From an uncultured Chlorobiaceae bacterium (GTDB taxonomy: Bacteria; Bacteroidota; Chlorobiia; Chlorobiales; Chlorobiaceae): 48,594 nucleotides of DNA. Numbering within the stretch: position 1 is the first letter of the stretch; every line of letters starts with the position of its first letter. The notes beneath the pieces are model-generated. The model worked only from the letters and a program-made list of their open reading frames with translations, had not been told where the DNA came from and made no database searches. The DNA lies in the NCBI GenBank assembly GCA_903874585.1, contig CAIQSY010000091.1, forward strand, positions 1 through 48,594, given 5' to 3'. Of this stretch, positions 11,429 to 21,551 are shown in pieces. The position numbers and the translations under genes were made by a program.

Positions 11429-11747
11429 AGCATCACTCCTCTTGTTGTTTGCCAGAAAAAAATAGACGGATTTATGCCTTTTAAAGGTAATCCGTGACAC
11501 GCCTCTGAAAATATAAGTTATTTATGAGCATCTCAACAAATGTGTTCTCTGTAGCCAGCTCTCTTTTTTATGGATGTATTTTTATTATTAAAGCTCAAGA
11601 TGAGCTGTAAAATCTGGTGGTAAAATTAAGTTGGCAACACGCCTCAAAAAAGAGTAACTTTGCGCCCATGAAAGGCATTTACATTGTGCATCAAATGGTG
11701 CATGAAAAAAATGTATTGTCAGGTACTATAATAAGATGATAAGTTTT

Positions 11748-14420
11748 ATGCAATCCCGAGAAATTAGGCAATCGTTTTTAGATTTTTTTGCTCAAAAAGG
11801 TCATACCGTTGTTCGTTCAGCTCCTGTTATTCCTGCCGATGATCCTACCCTGCTTTTTACCAATGCGGGCATGAACCAGTTTAAAGATGTGTTTCTGGCG
11901 AAAGGCACCAGACCCTATGTGCGTGCGGTCGATACCCAGAAATGTATTCGAGCATCGGGCAAGCATAACGATCTGGAGGATGTTGGGCGCGACACCTATC
12001 ATCACACTTTTTTTGAGATGCTTGGTAACTGGTCGTTTGGTGATTATTACAAGCACGAGGCTATTACGTGGGCATGGGAGCTGATGACTGAGGTTTGGAA
12101 GTTGCCGAAAGAGCGCCTTTATGCGACGGTGTATCAGGATGATGACGAGAGTTTTCAGATTTGGAACGGTCAGACGGATATGCATCCCGATCATATTCTG
12201 CGCTTTGGCGATAAAGATAATTTCTGGGAAATGGGTGAAACCGGACCTTGTGGTCCTTGTTCTGAAATTCATATCGATTTGACGCCTGATGGTTCAGGGC
12301 GCGATTTGGTGAATGTTGGTGATTATCGGGTTATCGAGCTGTGGAATCTGGTGTTCATTCAGTACAACCGCCAGAGTAATGGCAGCCTTGAGCCACTCCC
12401 AATGAAACATGTTGATACCGGCATGGGCTTTGAGCGTGTTGCCGCGGTGTTGCAGGGGAAGGGTTCGAATTACGATAGCGATGTTTTTCAGCCGCTGTTC
12501 GAGCGCATTACCGAAATTACCGGCGTCCGCTATGGCGCGTCGATGGATGATCCGCGCGATATTGCTATGCGCGTTCTTGCCGATCATGCCCGTACGTTGA
12601 CCTTTGCGCTCTCCGATGGCGCCATGCCTTCAAACGAGGGGCGTGGTTACGTGCTTCGCCGCATTCTTCGCCGAGCCTTGCGATACTCAAAAAATCTTGG
12701 CTACAACGAGCCGATTCTCCACCAGCTTGTTGGTACCCTTGCGGCGTCGATGGGCGATGTTTTTCCTGAGCTGGTTAAACAGCAGGAGACGGTGAAGAAT
12801 ATTATCAAAGCTGAAGAGGAGAGTTTTATTGTCACGCTTGATCGTGGTATGGAGATTTTCAGCGATGTTGTTGATAACGTTCGTGCGGCAAAAGGTGTGA
12901 TTATCGATGGGCAGGATGCCTTTAAACTTTATGATACTTATGGTTTCCCGTTTGATTTGACGACGCTGATGGCGAGTGAAGTTGGTTTGCAGGTTGATAG
13001 CGAAGGGTTTGAGCGCTGTATGCTGGAGCAGAAGACTCGCGCAAGAACTGACCGCAAGGAGAAGCAGCAAGTTGATGATGATGGCGCCGACTGGCGCTGG
13101 TTCAGTAATGTTCATGCCTCAGCATTTGCTGGTTACGACCAGCTTGAGCTACCGGCTGTAATTACCGGTATCAAACATGCCAAGGATAAACTTCTTGTTG
13201 TGCTTGATCAAACGCCATTCTATGCTGAAAGCGGCGGTCAGACTGGTGATCGTGGTTGGCTTGCCAATGCGCGTTACCGTTTTGTGGTTACCGATACCGT
13301 CAAAGATGGCGATGCAATTCTTCATGTTATTTCAGAAGCCTTCGACAAGATTCTCAATACTGTCGTTATTCTCGATGATCTTTCGCTGAACGAGCATGAG
13401 CTGTCAGTGGAAGCTTCTGTCGATCGCTGTGTGCGTCAGGATGCCGAGCGCAATCACACCGCCACGCATCTCATGCACGCGTCGCTCCGCAGGATTCTGG
13501 GGCAACATGTACAGCAGAAAGGCTCATTCGTGAGCGCCGAAAGGCTCCGTTTTGATTTCAGCCATTTTTCAAAGCTCTCAGATGCAGAAATTGAAGCGGT
13601 TGAAGCCGAAGTGAATGCGCAGATACGGCAAGCCGAAAAAGTTGTGAAATATGCCGACGTTCCTTACGATGAGGCAATTGCTAAAGGTGCACTCGCCTTT
13701 TTTGGGGACAAGTATGCTGATCGTGTTCGTATGGTGGAGGTCCCGGGCATTTCAGTTGAACTGTGTGGTGGTACGCATGTTGATAATATTGGCAGCATTG
13801 GACTCTTTAAAATTGTGAGCGAATCATCCGTTGCCTCTGGGGTGCGCCGTATTGAGGCGGTGACCGGCAGTGCTGCTGAAAAGCTGTTATGGAACGAGTA
13901 TCGTGAGCTTCAGCAGGTACGCCATCTGCTGAAAGCCAAAGGTGATGAAGCTGTGTCGGAGAGAGTCGCTGAGTTGATAGAGGCTAAAAAAGAGCTGGAG
14001 AAGCAGCTTCATGAGGGTAAGATTACCTCTCTTCTCAACAGGTTGACCGTTGAACTTCACGCATCTCCTGAAATTAATGGCTGCCATGTTATGACGAAGA
14101 TTGTTGACGGGGTTGATGCCGACACCTTACGTCAGGCAGCACTTGGTTTGCGTTATACATTGCCTTACGCAGCAGGGTTGCTGTGCAGTGTTGACGATGG
14201 CAAAGTGTCGCTGGTAAGTTTTGCTTCCGATAAAGCGGTTAAAGAGCTTCGTGTTGATGCCGGTAAACTCATCCGCGAAGCCGCAAAGTGCGTGCAGGGC
14301 GGTGGTGGCGGCAAGCCTGAATTTGCAACGGCGGGTGGCAAGAATATCGACGGAATCACCAAAGCGCTTGAAGCCTATGCAGCATTACTCAACACGTTGC
14401 TTGTTTGCAGGGATGAATGA
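11748..14420 (+). CDS. alaS: Alanine--tRNA ligase
   Basis: [56 protein letters not shown]. Confidence 0.98.
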   Translation: MQSREIRQSFLDFFAQKGHTVVRSAPVIPADDPTLLFTNAGMNQFKDVFLAKGTRPYVRAVDTQKCIRASGKHNDLEDVGRDTYHHTFFEMLGNWSFGDYYKHEAITWAWELMTEVWKLPKERLYATVYQDDDESFQIWNGQTDMHPDHILRFGDKDNFWEMGETGPCGPCSEIHIDLTPDGSGRDLVNVGDYRVIELWNLVFIQYNRQSNGSLEPLPMKHVDTGMGFERVAAVLQGKGSNYDSDVFQPLFERITEITGVRYGASMDDPRDIAMRVLADHARTLTFALSDGAMPSNEGRGYVLRRILRRALRYSKNLGYNEPILHQLVGTLAASMGDVFPELVKQQETVKNIIKAEEESFIVTLDRGMEIFSDVVDNVRAAKGVIIDGQDAFKLYDTYGFPFDLTTLMASEVGLQVDSEGFERCMLEQKTRARTDRKEKQQVDDDGADWRWFSNVHASAFAGYDQLELPAVITGIKHAKDKLLVVLDQTPFYAESGGQTGDRGWLANARYRFVVTDTVKDGDAILHVISEAFDKILNTVVILDDLSLNEHELSVEASVDRCVRQDAERNHTATHLMHASLRRILGQHVQQKGSFVSAERLRFDFSHFSKLSDAEIEAVEAEVNAQIRQAEKVVKYADVPYDEAIAKGALAFFGDKYADRVRMVEVPGISVELCGGTHVDNIGSIGLFKIVSESSVASGVRRIEAVTGSAAEKLLWNEYRELQQVRHLLKAKGDEAVSERVAELIEAKKELEKQLHEGKITSLLNRLTVELHASPEINGCHVMTKIVDGVDADTLRQAALGLRYTLPYAAGLLCSVDDGKVSLVSFASDKAVKELRVDAGKLIREAAKCVQGGGGGKPEFATAGGKNIDGITKALEAYAALLNTLLVCRDE

Positions 14421-14437
14421 ACAATAAATGATTAGTT

Positions 14438-14944
14438 ATGCTGGTTCTTGACTGCTTTTTCGGGCGATGTTCAAAGCCCTCATGTGACGGTTGTGCCTTG
14501 GGGCTTGTTCGTTCACTGCGCCTCGCACTCAAGTCACGCGCGATGCAGAGGAAAGAAGAGTCCTGTGTCGCTTCGGTCGGTTCATGGGAGCCACCTGAGA
14601 CGGGGACGCTGCACCCTAAGCCAACGCTACACAAACCGGATATAGCGAAAAAACGGAAGCGGCTGCTCGCTCCGAGGGAGGAGATTGCTTGGTATCCTGT
14701 CATTAAGCCGGAGTTGTGCAACGGTTGTGGCGACTGCAAGGTTCTCTGCAAACCCGGTGTTTTCGAGTTGGGCGAGCCAGATCCTGCGGGTATCCACCGT
14801 CCGAAACTGATTGTTGCGCATCCATACAAGTGTCTCGTGCTTTGTAACAGATGCGTTCCTATTTGTACATCAGGCGCAATTATCTTGCCAAATCCTGCAG
14901 ATTTTGAGAAGTTTGTCGAGTATGTTGATATCGAAGAATCGTGA
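14438..14944 (+). CDS. 4Fe-4S dicluster ferredoxin-like protein with Cys-rich N-terminal extension
   Basis: [13 protein letters not shown] and [17 protein letters not shown] motifs; start codon uncertain. Confidence 0.75.
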   Translation: MLVLDCFFGRCSKPSCDGCALGLVRSLRLALKSRAMQRKEESCVASVGSWEPPETGTLHPKPTLHKPDIAKKRKRLLAPREEIAWYPVIKPELCNGCGDCKVLCKPGVFELGEPDPAGIHRPKLIVAHPYKCLVLCNRCVPICTSGAIILPNPADFEKFVEYVDIEES

Positions 14945-15004
14945 GCTCAAATTTTTATGGGAGTAGCTTCCCGACATTTTATAAACAGGGGAGATACCGT
15001 TATC

Positions 15005-15313
15005 ATGAGTTCAGCAAGTTCATCATCATCCAATAAGAAAAAGCGACAGTTGCTTCTACCGCGCGAAGAGATAGCATGGTTTCCCGAAATTGATGCTTCA
15101 CTTTGTCACGGCTGTATGGAGTGCGAAACATTCTGTAAGCCTGGTGTTTTTGCACTTGGCGAACCCGAAGGAGTCAAGCGGGCAAAAATGATTGTTGCCA
15201 ATCCTTACAATTGCATTGTGCTCTGCACACGCTGTATTCCCGTCTGTAATGCTGGAGCCATTACGCTGCCCGACCCGGCAGCTTTTACGCAGTTTGTGGA
15301 GTATGTTGATTAA
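15005..15313 (+). CDS. 4Fe-4S dicluster ferredoxin-like protein (paralog of the upstream gene)
   Basis: [13 protein letters not shown] and [17 protein letters not shown] motifs; GGGGAG upstream of ATG 15005. Confidence 0.8.
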   Translation: MSSASSSSSNKKKRQLLLPREEIAWFPEIDASLCHGCMECETFCKPGVFALGEPEGVKRAKMIVANPYNCIVLCTRCIPVCNAGAITLPDPAAFTQFVEYVD

Positions 15314-16526
15314 AGAGCAGATTATCGCGATCCCTGAATCCCATCAGATAGAGGATAGCGTCAAGCCCAAGCGTTGATATAGCCTGCTTTGCACACTCCC
15401 GTACAATCGGTTTCGCCCTGAAGGCAATGCCAAGCCCTGCTTTTCCAAGCATAGGGAGGTCATTTGCGCCATCCCCAACCGCAATCGTTTGCTCCAGCCG
15501 GATGTTCTCTTTTTTTGCGATAAGTTCCAGCAGATCCGCTTTTCGTTTACCATCAACAACCTGACCAAGCACTTTACCGGTTAGCTGATGATTATCAATT
15601 TCAAGCGTGTTGGCATAGACGTAATCAATATTCAACTTTTTCTGGAGATAGTGGCCAAAGTAGGTAAAGCCACCAGAGAGAATAGCTGTTTTAAAGCCAA
15701 GATGATGCAGGTTATGAAAGAGCATTTCAGCGCCTTCGGTGAGTTGCAATCGTCCAGCAATTTTTTCCATCACCTGTTCATCAAGCCCTTTCAGCAGCGA
15801 TACCCGACGTTGCAAGCTGCCAGTAAAATCAAGTTCTCCACGCATTGCTTGCTCAGTAATGCTGGCAACCTCAGCGCCAACACCAGCTTCAATGGCAAGC
15901 TCGTCAATCACCTCTGACGTAATAAGCGTCGAATCCATATCAAACGCCACTAAGCGGCGATTACGCCTAAAAATATTGTCCTCCTGAAAAGCAATATCAA
16001 TACCAAGCGTATCAGTAATAGCAAGCATCTGCTCACGAAAGCGGTTCTCATGTTTTAAGGTGCCTCGTATCGAAAACTCAACACACGCCTTGCTTTGGTT
16101 CTTGCTCTGTTCGAGAGCAATTCGCCCTGAAAGTCGGTTGATGGTATCAATATTGAGATTATGCTCAGTAATGATTGAGGAAACTCGTTCAAGCTGTTCA
16201 GCAGTTATTTTGCGGGCAAGCAGTGACAGCAGGTAGCGATGCTTTCCCTGTTCCTGCACCCATGCCGCGTATTCGCTGCCAGCAATGGGCGTAAAGCTGA
16301 TCTGGATGCCGAGCGTATGTGCGCAAAAGAGCAAATCCTTCACCATTGGCGACGAGGCTGACTCTTTCGGTACCTCCACCAGCATTCCCAGCGAGAGATG
16401 GTTGTGGATAACCGCCTGCCCAATGTCAAGTACCGGCACATTGTATCCGGCAAGAATTGCCGTGATTTTTGCAGTTAGTCCAGGTTTGTCGAGTCCAGTA
16501 ATGTTGATTAGCAGAAGCTCTCTCAT
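15285..16526 (-). CDS. serB: Phosphoserine phosphatase with N-terminal ACT domains
   Basis: [13 protein letters not shown] start, FDMDSTL HAD motif I, LSGGF, GDGANDL; start at MRELLL (16526). Confidence 0.95.
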   Translation of the reverse strand: MRELLLINITGLDKPGLTAKITAILAGYNVPVLDIGQAVIHNHLSLGMLVEVPKESASSPMVKDLLFCAHTLGIQISFTPIAGSEYAAWVQEQGKHRYLLSLLARKITAEQLERVSSIITEHNLNIDTINRLSGRIALEQSKNQSKACVEFSIRGTLKHENRFREQMLAITDTLGIDIAFQEDNIFRRNRRLVAFDMDSTLITSEVIDELAIEAGVGAEVASITEQAMRGELDFTGSLQRRVSLLKGLDEQVMEKIAGRLQLTEGAEMLFHNLHHLGFKTAILSGGFTYFGHYLQKKLNIDYVYANTLEIDNHQLTGKVLGQVVDGKRKADLLELIAKKENIRLEQTIAVGDGANDLPMLGKAGLGIAFRAKPIVRECAKQAISTLGLDAILYLMGFRDRDNLLFNQHTPQTA

Positions 16527-16929
16527 AGCGGCATGGTAAGGGTTTGTAATGCTGCTCAAGATATTACTAAGCCATCAAGCAAGATTAACTTATACAATTA
16601 TAGGGGAATAAAAGGTTCTCTTGAGTTCAATTGATAGTTCCATTTTCCATGAAACTTATCCCGATTCCATGTCCAACTTTGTATTCTATTGTTGTCACCG
16701 ATAACGATAAGACGACTCGCATCGGAACAGAGAACATTACCGATTGCACGCAATCAACTTCGAATACTTTCAACGATCAAATCTGTGATATGGTATGAGC
16801 TTTATTCCAGAGTTTTTCTGCCAGTTGGGTCGTTATAGGCTTAGTACTCACGTATGAGCTTCTATAGCGACCCGTAATCGAAACGTAATTCTTCTAAGGC
16901 TATATTTAAGGTTATTGTTGTATAACCTC

Positions 16930-18333
16930 TTAGTTATCAGCGATTTCAGGCAATAACTTCATAAAGTGTTCAACGTTATCAGGATATGATGCTGTCAGAG
17001 CTGAGAGTGTCGCTTGGAATTTTGTGTAGATCACTTCGCTTTTTCTCAGTTGATAACTCTCTTTATCACCTTCAACGACTGACTCAAGATCATAAATAAG
17101 CCATGCAATTTCAGCCTCTTCCTGTTTCACTGATACCAAATTTGGAAGAGCCTCAAAATAACTGCGACTGATTGCAACAGCCATTTTCTTATGCCATGAA
17201 TTTAAAATTGAGCCTTTAAAAATAAGTTGGGGCACAAGATTTTCTCGCGCAGATGTGACATAATCTGGTTCTGGATAGTTCGATTGGGCAGACCAGTCCA
17301 TCATCGAATGTGTCTTTGGATCTTTCATGTAATATTCAAATGGATCACGCGGATCACCGGCAATATATGCTGCTTGAATCTCAATAGCACCAAAATCAAC
17401 AATCTTACCAGCATCGTCGTAAGCCACAAGAACAACGTCAAGCTCTCCTGCAGATTTTCCGTAAGCATCAGTAAGCTGAACGGCTGTCAATGAGCTCCAG
17501 CGCACACCGTCTTCAAAAAAGAATGATGCAGCATCATCAGTTATAAGCCAATCCTCACGAAAACGCACTGGACAGGTGATGACAGCTTTGTTATTATGTA
17601 GAATACTGCACACACCAAGAGGATTCTTTGTCTGGTCGTTCGTACAGTTTGGTACTTTATTGTTAAAAGGGCACTGCCGGTGTGAGCGATAGCGCTGCGC
17701 TTTTTGCGAAAAGTCTGTTGCTGTAAAACCAAAAATTTCGGCTAATGGATGTTTAAATGTGTTCATACTGTGAAGTGTTTTCGATGCAGTGGATTGAATA
17801 AGACTATTGGATTCGAGATCCTGTGCTGTTTTTACAACACCAATACTTTGTTGTATTGGATTTTCATTTTGTAGTTGCTCTGCAAAACGAGGTAAAGAAA
17901 TATTTGTTGGAGGTATAATTATGTCGTTGGTATTAATGCTTTGCGCATAAACTGTCTTTGGTTGAGGTTTTTCTTCTACCTTTACCGTCGGCATTATATC
18001 AGGAATAATTTGTATGGCGGGTTCTGTGCTCGCCGGTGATGCTGTTGGAGAAGAGGTTGGTTCTAATTCATAAGTAAACTCATTTCGTTGAGATACTTTT
18101 GCCTCTGTTACACTCCGTGCACTTGCTTGATGTGAAGGAAAGCCATTCACAAGATCGACACTTTTCTGAAGTTGATCAATATGATGTTGCTCGTTTGCAC
18201 TTATTTGTAATAACGATTTTTTCATCTCTGGATCATCAACATCCATAGCAAGTGATGTAAAAACATCACGTTTTTGAATTTTGATCTCTATCATAGAGTC
18301 AAAAAATCCAAGTAAATCCTTATTAATAAACAT
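16930..18333 (-). CDS. Fusion: N-terminal half-ferritin-like helical hairpin, low-complexity linker, C-terminal NotI-family restriction endonuclease-like domain
   Basis: aa ~1-64 DDPEMKKSLLQISANEQHH (ExxH); aa ~65-189 P/S/T/Q-rich; from M190 HPLAEIFGF, CPF..NC..LGVCS..ITCPVRF (Cys4), DVVLV..DFGAIEIQA, PDY..LVPQL.FKG. Confidence 0.8.
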   Translation of the reverse strand: MFINKDLLGFFDSMIEIKIQKRDVFTSLAMDVDDPEMKKSLLQISANEQHHIDQLQKSVDLVNGFPSHQASARSVTEAKVSQRNEFTYELEPTSSPTASPASTEPAIQIIPDIMPTVKVEEKPQPKTVYAQSINTNDIIIPPTNISLPRFAEQLQNENPIQQSIGVVKTAQDLESNSLIQSTASKTLHSMNTFKHPLAEIFGFTATDFSQKAQRYRSHRQCPFNNKVPNCTNDQTKNPLGVCSILHNNKAVITCPVRFREDWLITDDAASFFFEDGVRWSSLTAVQLTDAYGKSAGELDVVLVAYDDAGKIVDFGAIEIQAAYIAGDPRDPFEYYMKDPKTHSMMDWSAQSNYPEPDYVTSARENLVPQLIFKGSILNSWHKKMAVAISRSYFEALPNLVSVKQEEAEIAWLIYDLESVVEGDKESYQLRKSEVIYTKFQATLSALTASYPDNVEHFMKLLPEIADN

Positions 18334-18562
18334 CTTTTCCGTTTTTTATAATGGATTCAATAAGCTGTTTTGTCATGGATTTATGATTTTGGATATCCGC
18401 GTCAAGTTTTTGTAACATATCCAACACTTTAAACTGCACATCTTCACTTAAGGTAGAGTACCTTAAAACATTCTGTATATGGTTGGAATAAATAGCGATT
18501 ACTGACTCTTCGCTCTGCTCTACCCCTTTTATTCTTTTTAGTAATTCGTTTTTTTCTATCAT
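18323..18562 (-). CDS. 79-aa two-helix protein, half-ferritin/rubrerythrin-like
   Basis: EQSEESVIAIY helix and LQKLDADIQNH helix; stop codon overlaps the next ATG by 11 nt. Confidence 0.7.
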   Translation of the reverse strand: MIEKNELLKRIKGVEQSEESVIAIYSNHIQNVLRYSTLSEDVQFKVLDMLQKLDADIQNHKSMTKQLIESIIKNGKDVY

Positions 18563-18891
18563 GGCTGAATATTTTAGAAAATTGTAATAGCTAATTTATA
18601 AAATCCTATTAATCAGCAATAGAATCAGTTTTGAAAAAAAATATCAATTTTTCTTTTCATTCCAAATGGTCATTTGATTTATATGCCCACAATAAACAGC
18701 TTGTGCGTTACTTTAAGCTCATGTAGCCGTTATATAAGCTTACTCTTATAATCGCTTTTTACAGTATTGGCACAGTATGCGTACCATTGCGTCATCGTGT
18801 GTTATGATTTAGCTCTAAATGATTTTTTTATTTATGATTAAGATAAAAAGCTTTTATGAAGTACTCGGTCATCGTTATGGTATTGGTTATT

Positions 18892-20016
18892 TTATAAGCG
18901 TAATAAACCTTGATGTACTTTGACTTTTTTGCTTTGATAATATTCTGGTAACCAAGCAATACTGTTGATATAATAATCGGTTATGTCATTGTAATAAAGA
19001 CCTTCTTCATCTTGCCGTATATGCTTACGAAGGCGTTGCAGCACATTTGTTGAGATTTTTGCCCCAGTCGCCTCTGTTGCGGCAAATACGGCGCTGCAAA
19101 ACAGGGCATTGCTATAGGGTGTTGCTGGTGCGTTAAATTCTATCTTATTGCTGAAATCTTTTTCAAATGAGTCCGAAAACCATTGAAGTACTTTAAGTGC
19201 TCTTATGTCTTGATAAAGATAGTAATCTGCTGCAATTCTTAATGGAACTCGAACAGCATCCCAGCCGTATATCAAAGGTTTGCCAGGGAGAACAGTCAAT
19301 TTTCCTTCTTGATCAATTGCTATCCAGTCAGGTATAATCCCTTTTTCATTAAGCTTTTCTGGTGAATCCATCAACCGGTTAAGAAGGTCATACGTTGTAT
19401 CAGTAAGTGCTAACCAGCGGCTGTCTTGACTGATGGTATAAAACATTTTAAAGTGTGACGGCGCGTAGTAGGACGGATTCAGAGCAATAAAATCATGCGC
19501 ACCATTTTCTGATTTAGGCCATGGAAGAAGATATATCTTGCCATTGATGACCTCTGTTTCATGCTCAAGAACGCTCAGCATGACTTTTTTTGCGAGTGTT
19601 AGATATCTGTCATCTTGCCATTGGCGATAAGCAAGAATAAGACTGTAAGCATAATCAATATCAGCGTCTGATGCTGCTTTTATATCACTTACTTTACCAT
19701 TTTCAAAATGCCATGCCAGTAAATAATCACCTTGTGATATTTGGCGAGATAAGTTTTTCTCTGTCCAAGCAAGACATTTATCAAATGTTTTTTGATCATC
19801 AACTAATACAGCACGAAGCATTGCATAGGCTTGACCTTCAGAGACAGTATCGTTATTGTTTTTTGGTCGAATAACTCTACCATCTCTTATGAATGCGTAT
19901 TGATAATGCTTCCACGATTGCTTTACAATCTCTTGGGAATTTTGAGGGATTGAAGAACAGTTAATTACGGTAAATAGTGAAATTGACGCGAAAGCAAGAG
20001 AAAAAAAGCGTTTCAT
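18892..20016 (-). CDS. Glycoside hydrolase family 8 endoglucanase (BcsZ-like), exported, possibly a lipoprotein
   Basis: TVSEGQAYAML, AASDADIDYAYSL, NPSYYAP, YGWDAVRVP; N-terminal signal with Cys20. Confidence 0.9.
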   Translation of the reverse strand: MKRFFSLAFASISLFTVINCSSIPQNSQEIVKQSWKHYQYAFIRDGRVIRPKNNNDTVSEGQAYAMLRAVLVDDQKTFDKCLAWTEKNLSRQISQGDYLLAWHFENGKVSDIKAASDADIDYAYSLILAYRQWQDDRYLTLAKKVMLSVLEHETEVINGKIYLLPWPKSENGAHDFIALNPSYYAPSHFKMFYTISQDSRWLALTDTTYDLLNRLMDSPEKLNEKGIIPDWIAIDQEGKLTVLPGKPLIYGWDAVRVPLRIAADYYLYQDIRALKVLQWFSDSFEKDFSNKIEFNAPATPYSNALFCSAVFAATEATGAKISTNVLQRLRKHIRQDEEGLYYNDITDYYINSIAWLPEYYQSKKVKVHQGLLRL

Positions 20017-21524
20017 TTTTTGTTTAAATGAAAAATACCTAACAATAGAATTGCTTGGAGTGCCATCCAGAACATGTTTATTAAGAGCACATAATCCATC
20101 GACTCAAATGTTAGTCTATAAGCACCCCAGCCAAGTGTTGCGAGTACAACAAATAAAACAAGTAACTGTGGCCAAAGATTTTTCAGTGGAACATTTTTGG
20201 CGTTTCCTTTTGGAGTAACTTGAAACCCTTTTTTACTGATATTCAGTAATCCCGTAAACGATGCAGTCAAATACACAGGCATTGAAAGAGCTGTAAGCAT
20301 CTGTACTTTAAACATATTACTTAGCTTATATTTCTTCTTGAACATACTTGAGTAAAAGACATAATTCGACAGAATGAAGAAAGGTACGAATGTTAAGCTG
20401 TACACTTCCGGAGTAATATTGTACGAATGGATGTTGAAAAAAATGTATAAAATAGGACCGGTCATTAACCAGAAATATGCCCATCCAATAAAATAGTAGG
20501 TGGTTGAGATCACATATTCAAGCCATTGCGATGGACTGAGCTTATTAAGACCAGTAAAAACTAACGTGACCAATTTTCGGAAAAGTTGTGATGTGCCTAA
20601 AGCCCAGCGATTTTGCTGCGTAAAATACGCTGCCAAGTCTTCTGGAGCCATACCAAATGTATATGCTCTATGGATAAAGTACGATTTCCACCCTTTTTGA
20701 TGTAACTTAAATGAAGTGGCAATATCTTCAGTCACCGTATCTTCATCAAAATTGCCAACATCATTCAAAGCTGCACGACGAAATACAACATTCGTTCCAC
20801 AGCAGAACATTGCTTTATTGATTGTTTTTCCAAGGCAAATGTACTCATAAAAGATGGCTTGCTGATTGTGTGCAACCATTGATACGGTACTGACATCTCC
20901 ATTAGAATAAAATTGAGGAGTCTGAACAAAAGCAAGTTTATCGTCACCTTCCAAAAAAGGTACAAGTGTTTCAAGAAAAACAGGCATCGGATTCTGATCA
21001 GCATCAAAAATTGCGATATACTTCTCGTTTACAATTTTTAATACTTCATTAATCATTCCAGCTTTAGCTCCTCGATTGTCTTTTCTGGTAAAGAGTTGAA
21101 CACCAAGCTTCTCAGCAAGTTCTTTTGCTTCTTGTTTGTAGCTTGGAATCGTAGAATCATCAAGAAGGTAAATCTTCTTGTTGTCATAAGCGATATTGAT
21201 GCAGGTGAGCAATGTTTTTTCAATAATATCTTTAGATTCGTGACGAGCTGGAACTAAAATTGCTACAGAAGCATCTTCGCTTGGCTCAGTTTGTGGCGGA
21301 AGAGATGGCGACCAGTTTTCCCGCACAACATCCACAAAAAAGAAAAAAGAGTGAAACAAAATAAATGTTTCAGCAATAAAAAAGAGTGTACCAAATAACC
21401 ACTCAATGCCGACAAATGGTGCATAGAGTAGGTAATAAATGCGCACTATTACATAAATGACAAGTGATAATAGTAGTATTGCTACCTGCGCAACTAACGA
21501 CCAAGATTTTTTCTTATCCTGCAT
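20013..21524 (-). CDS. Processive GT2 cellulose-synthase-like catalytic subunit (BcsA-like, no PilZ)
   Basis: LLDDS, GAKAG, FDADQ, QTPQ, CCGTN, TED and QQNRWA motifs; 2 N-terminal and several C-terminal TM helices; ATGA overlap with the GH8 gene. Confidence 0.9.
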   Translation of the reverse strand: MQDKKKSWSLVAQVAILLLSLVIYVIVRIYYLLYAPFVGIEWLFGTLFFIAETFILFHSFFFFVDVVRENWSPSLPPQTEPSEDASVAILVPARHESKDIIEKTLLTCINIAYDNKKIYLLDDSTIPSYKQEAKELAEKLGVQLFTRKDNRGAKAGMINEVLKIVNEKYIAIFDADQNPMPVFLETLVPFLEGDDKLAFVQTPQFYSNGDVSTVSMVAHNQQAIFYEYICLGKTINKAMFCCGTNVVFRRAALNDVGNFDEDTVTEDIATSFKLHQKGWKSYFIHRAYTFGMAPEDLAAYFTQQNRWALGTSQLFRKLVTLVFTGLNKLSPSQWLEYVISTTYYFIGWAYFWLMTGPILYIFFNIHSYNITPEVYSLTFVPFFILSNYVFYSSMFKKKYKLSNMFKVQMLTALSMPVYLTASFTGLLNISKKGFQVTPKGNAKNVPLKNLWPQLLVLFVVLATLGWGAYRLTFESMDYVLLINMFWMALQAILLLGIFHLNKK

Positions 21525-21551
21525 TGTTCTTCCGTATTTATGTAAGAAGAT

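Noticed and set aside
15285-15313. 29-nt convergent overlap of serB and the ferredoxin gene
   Set aside because: Short 3' overlaps of convergent genes are common
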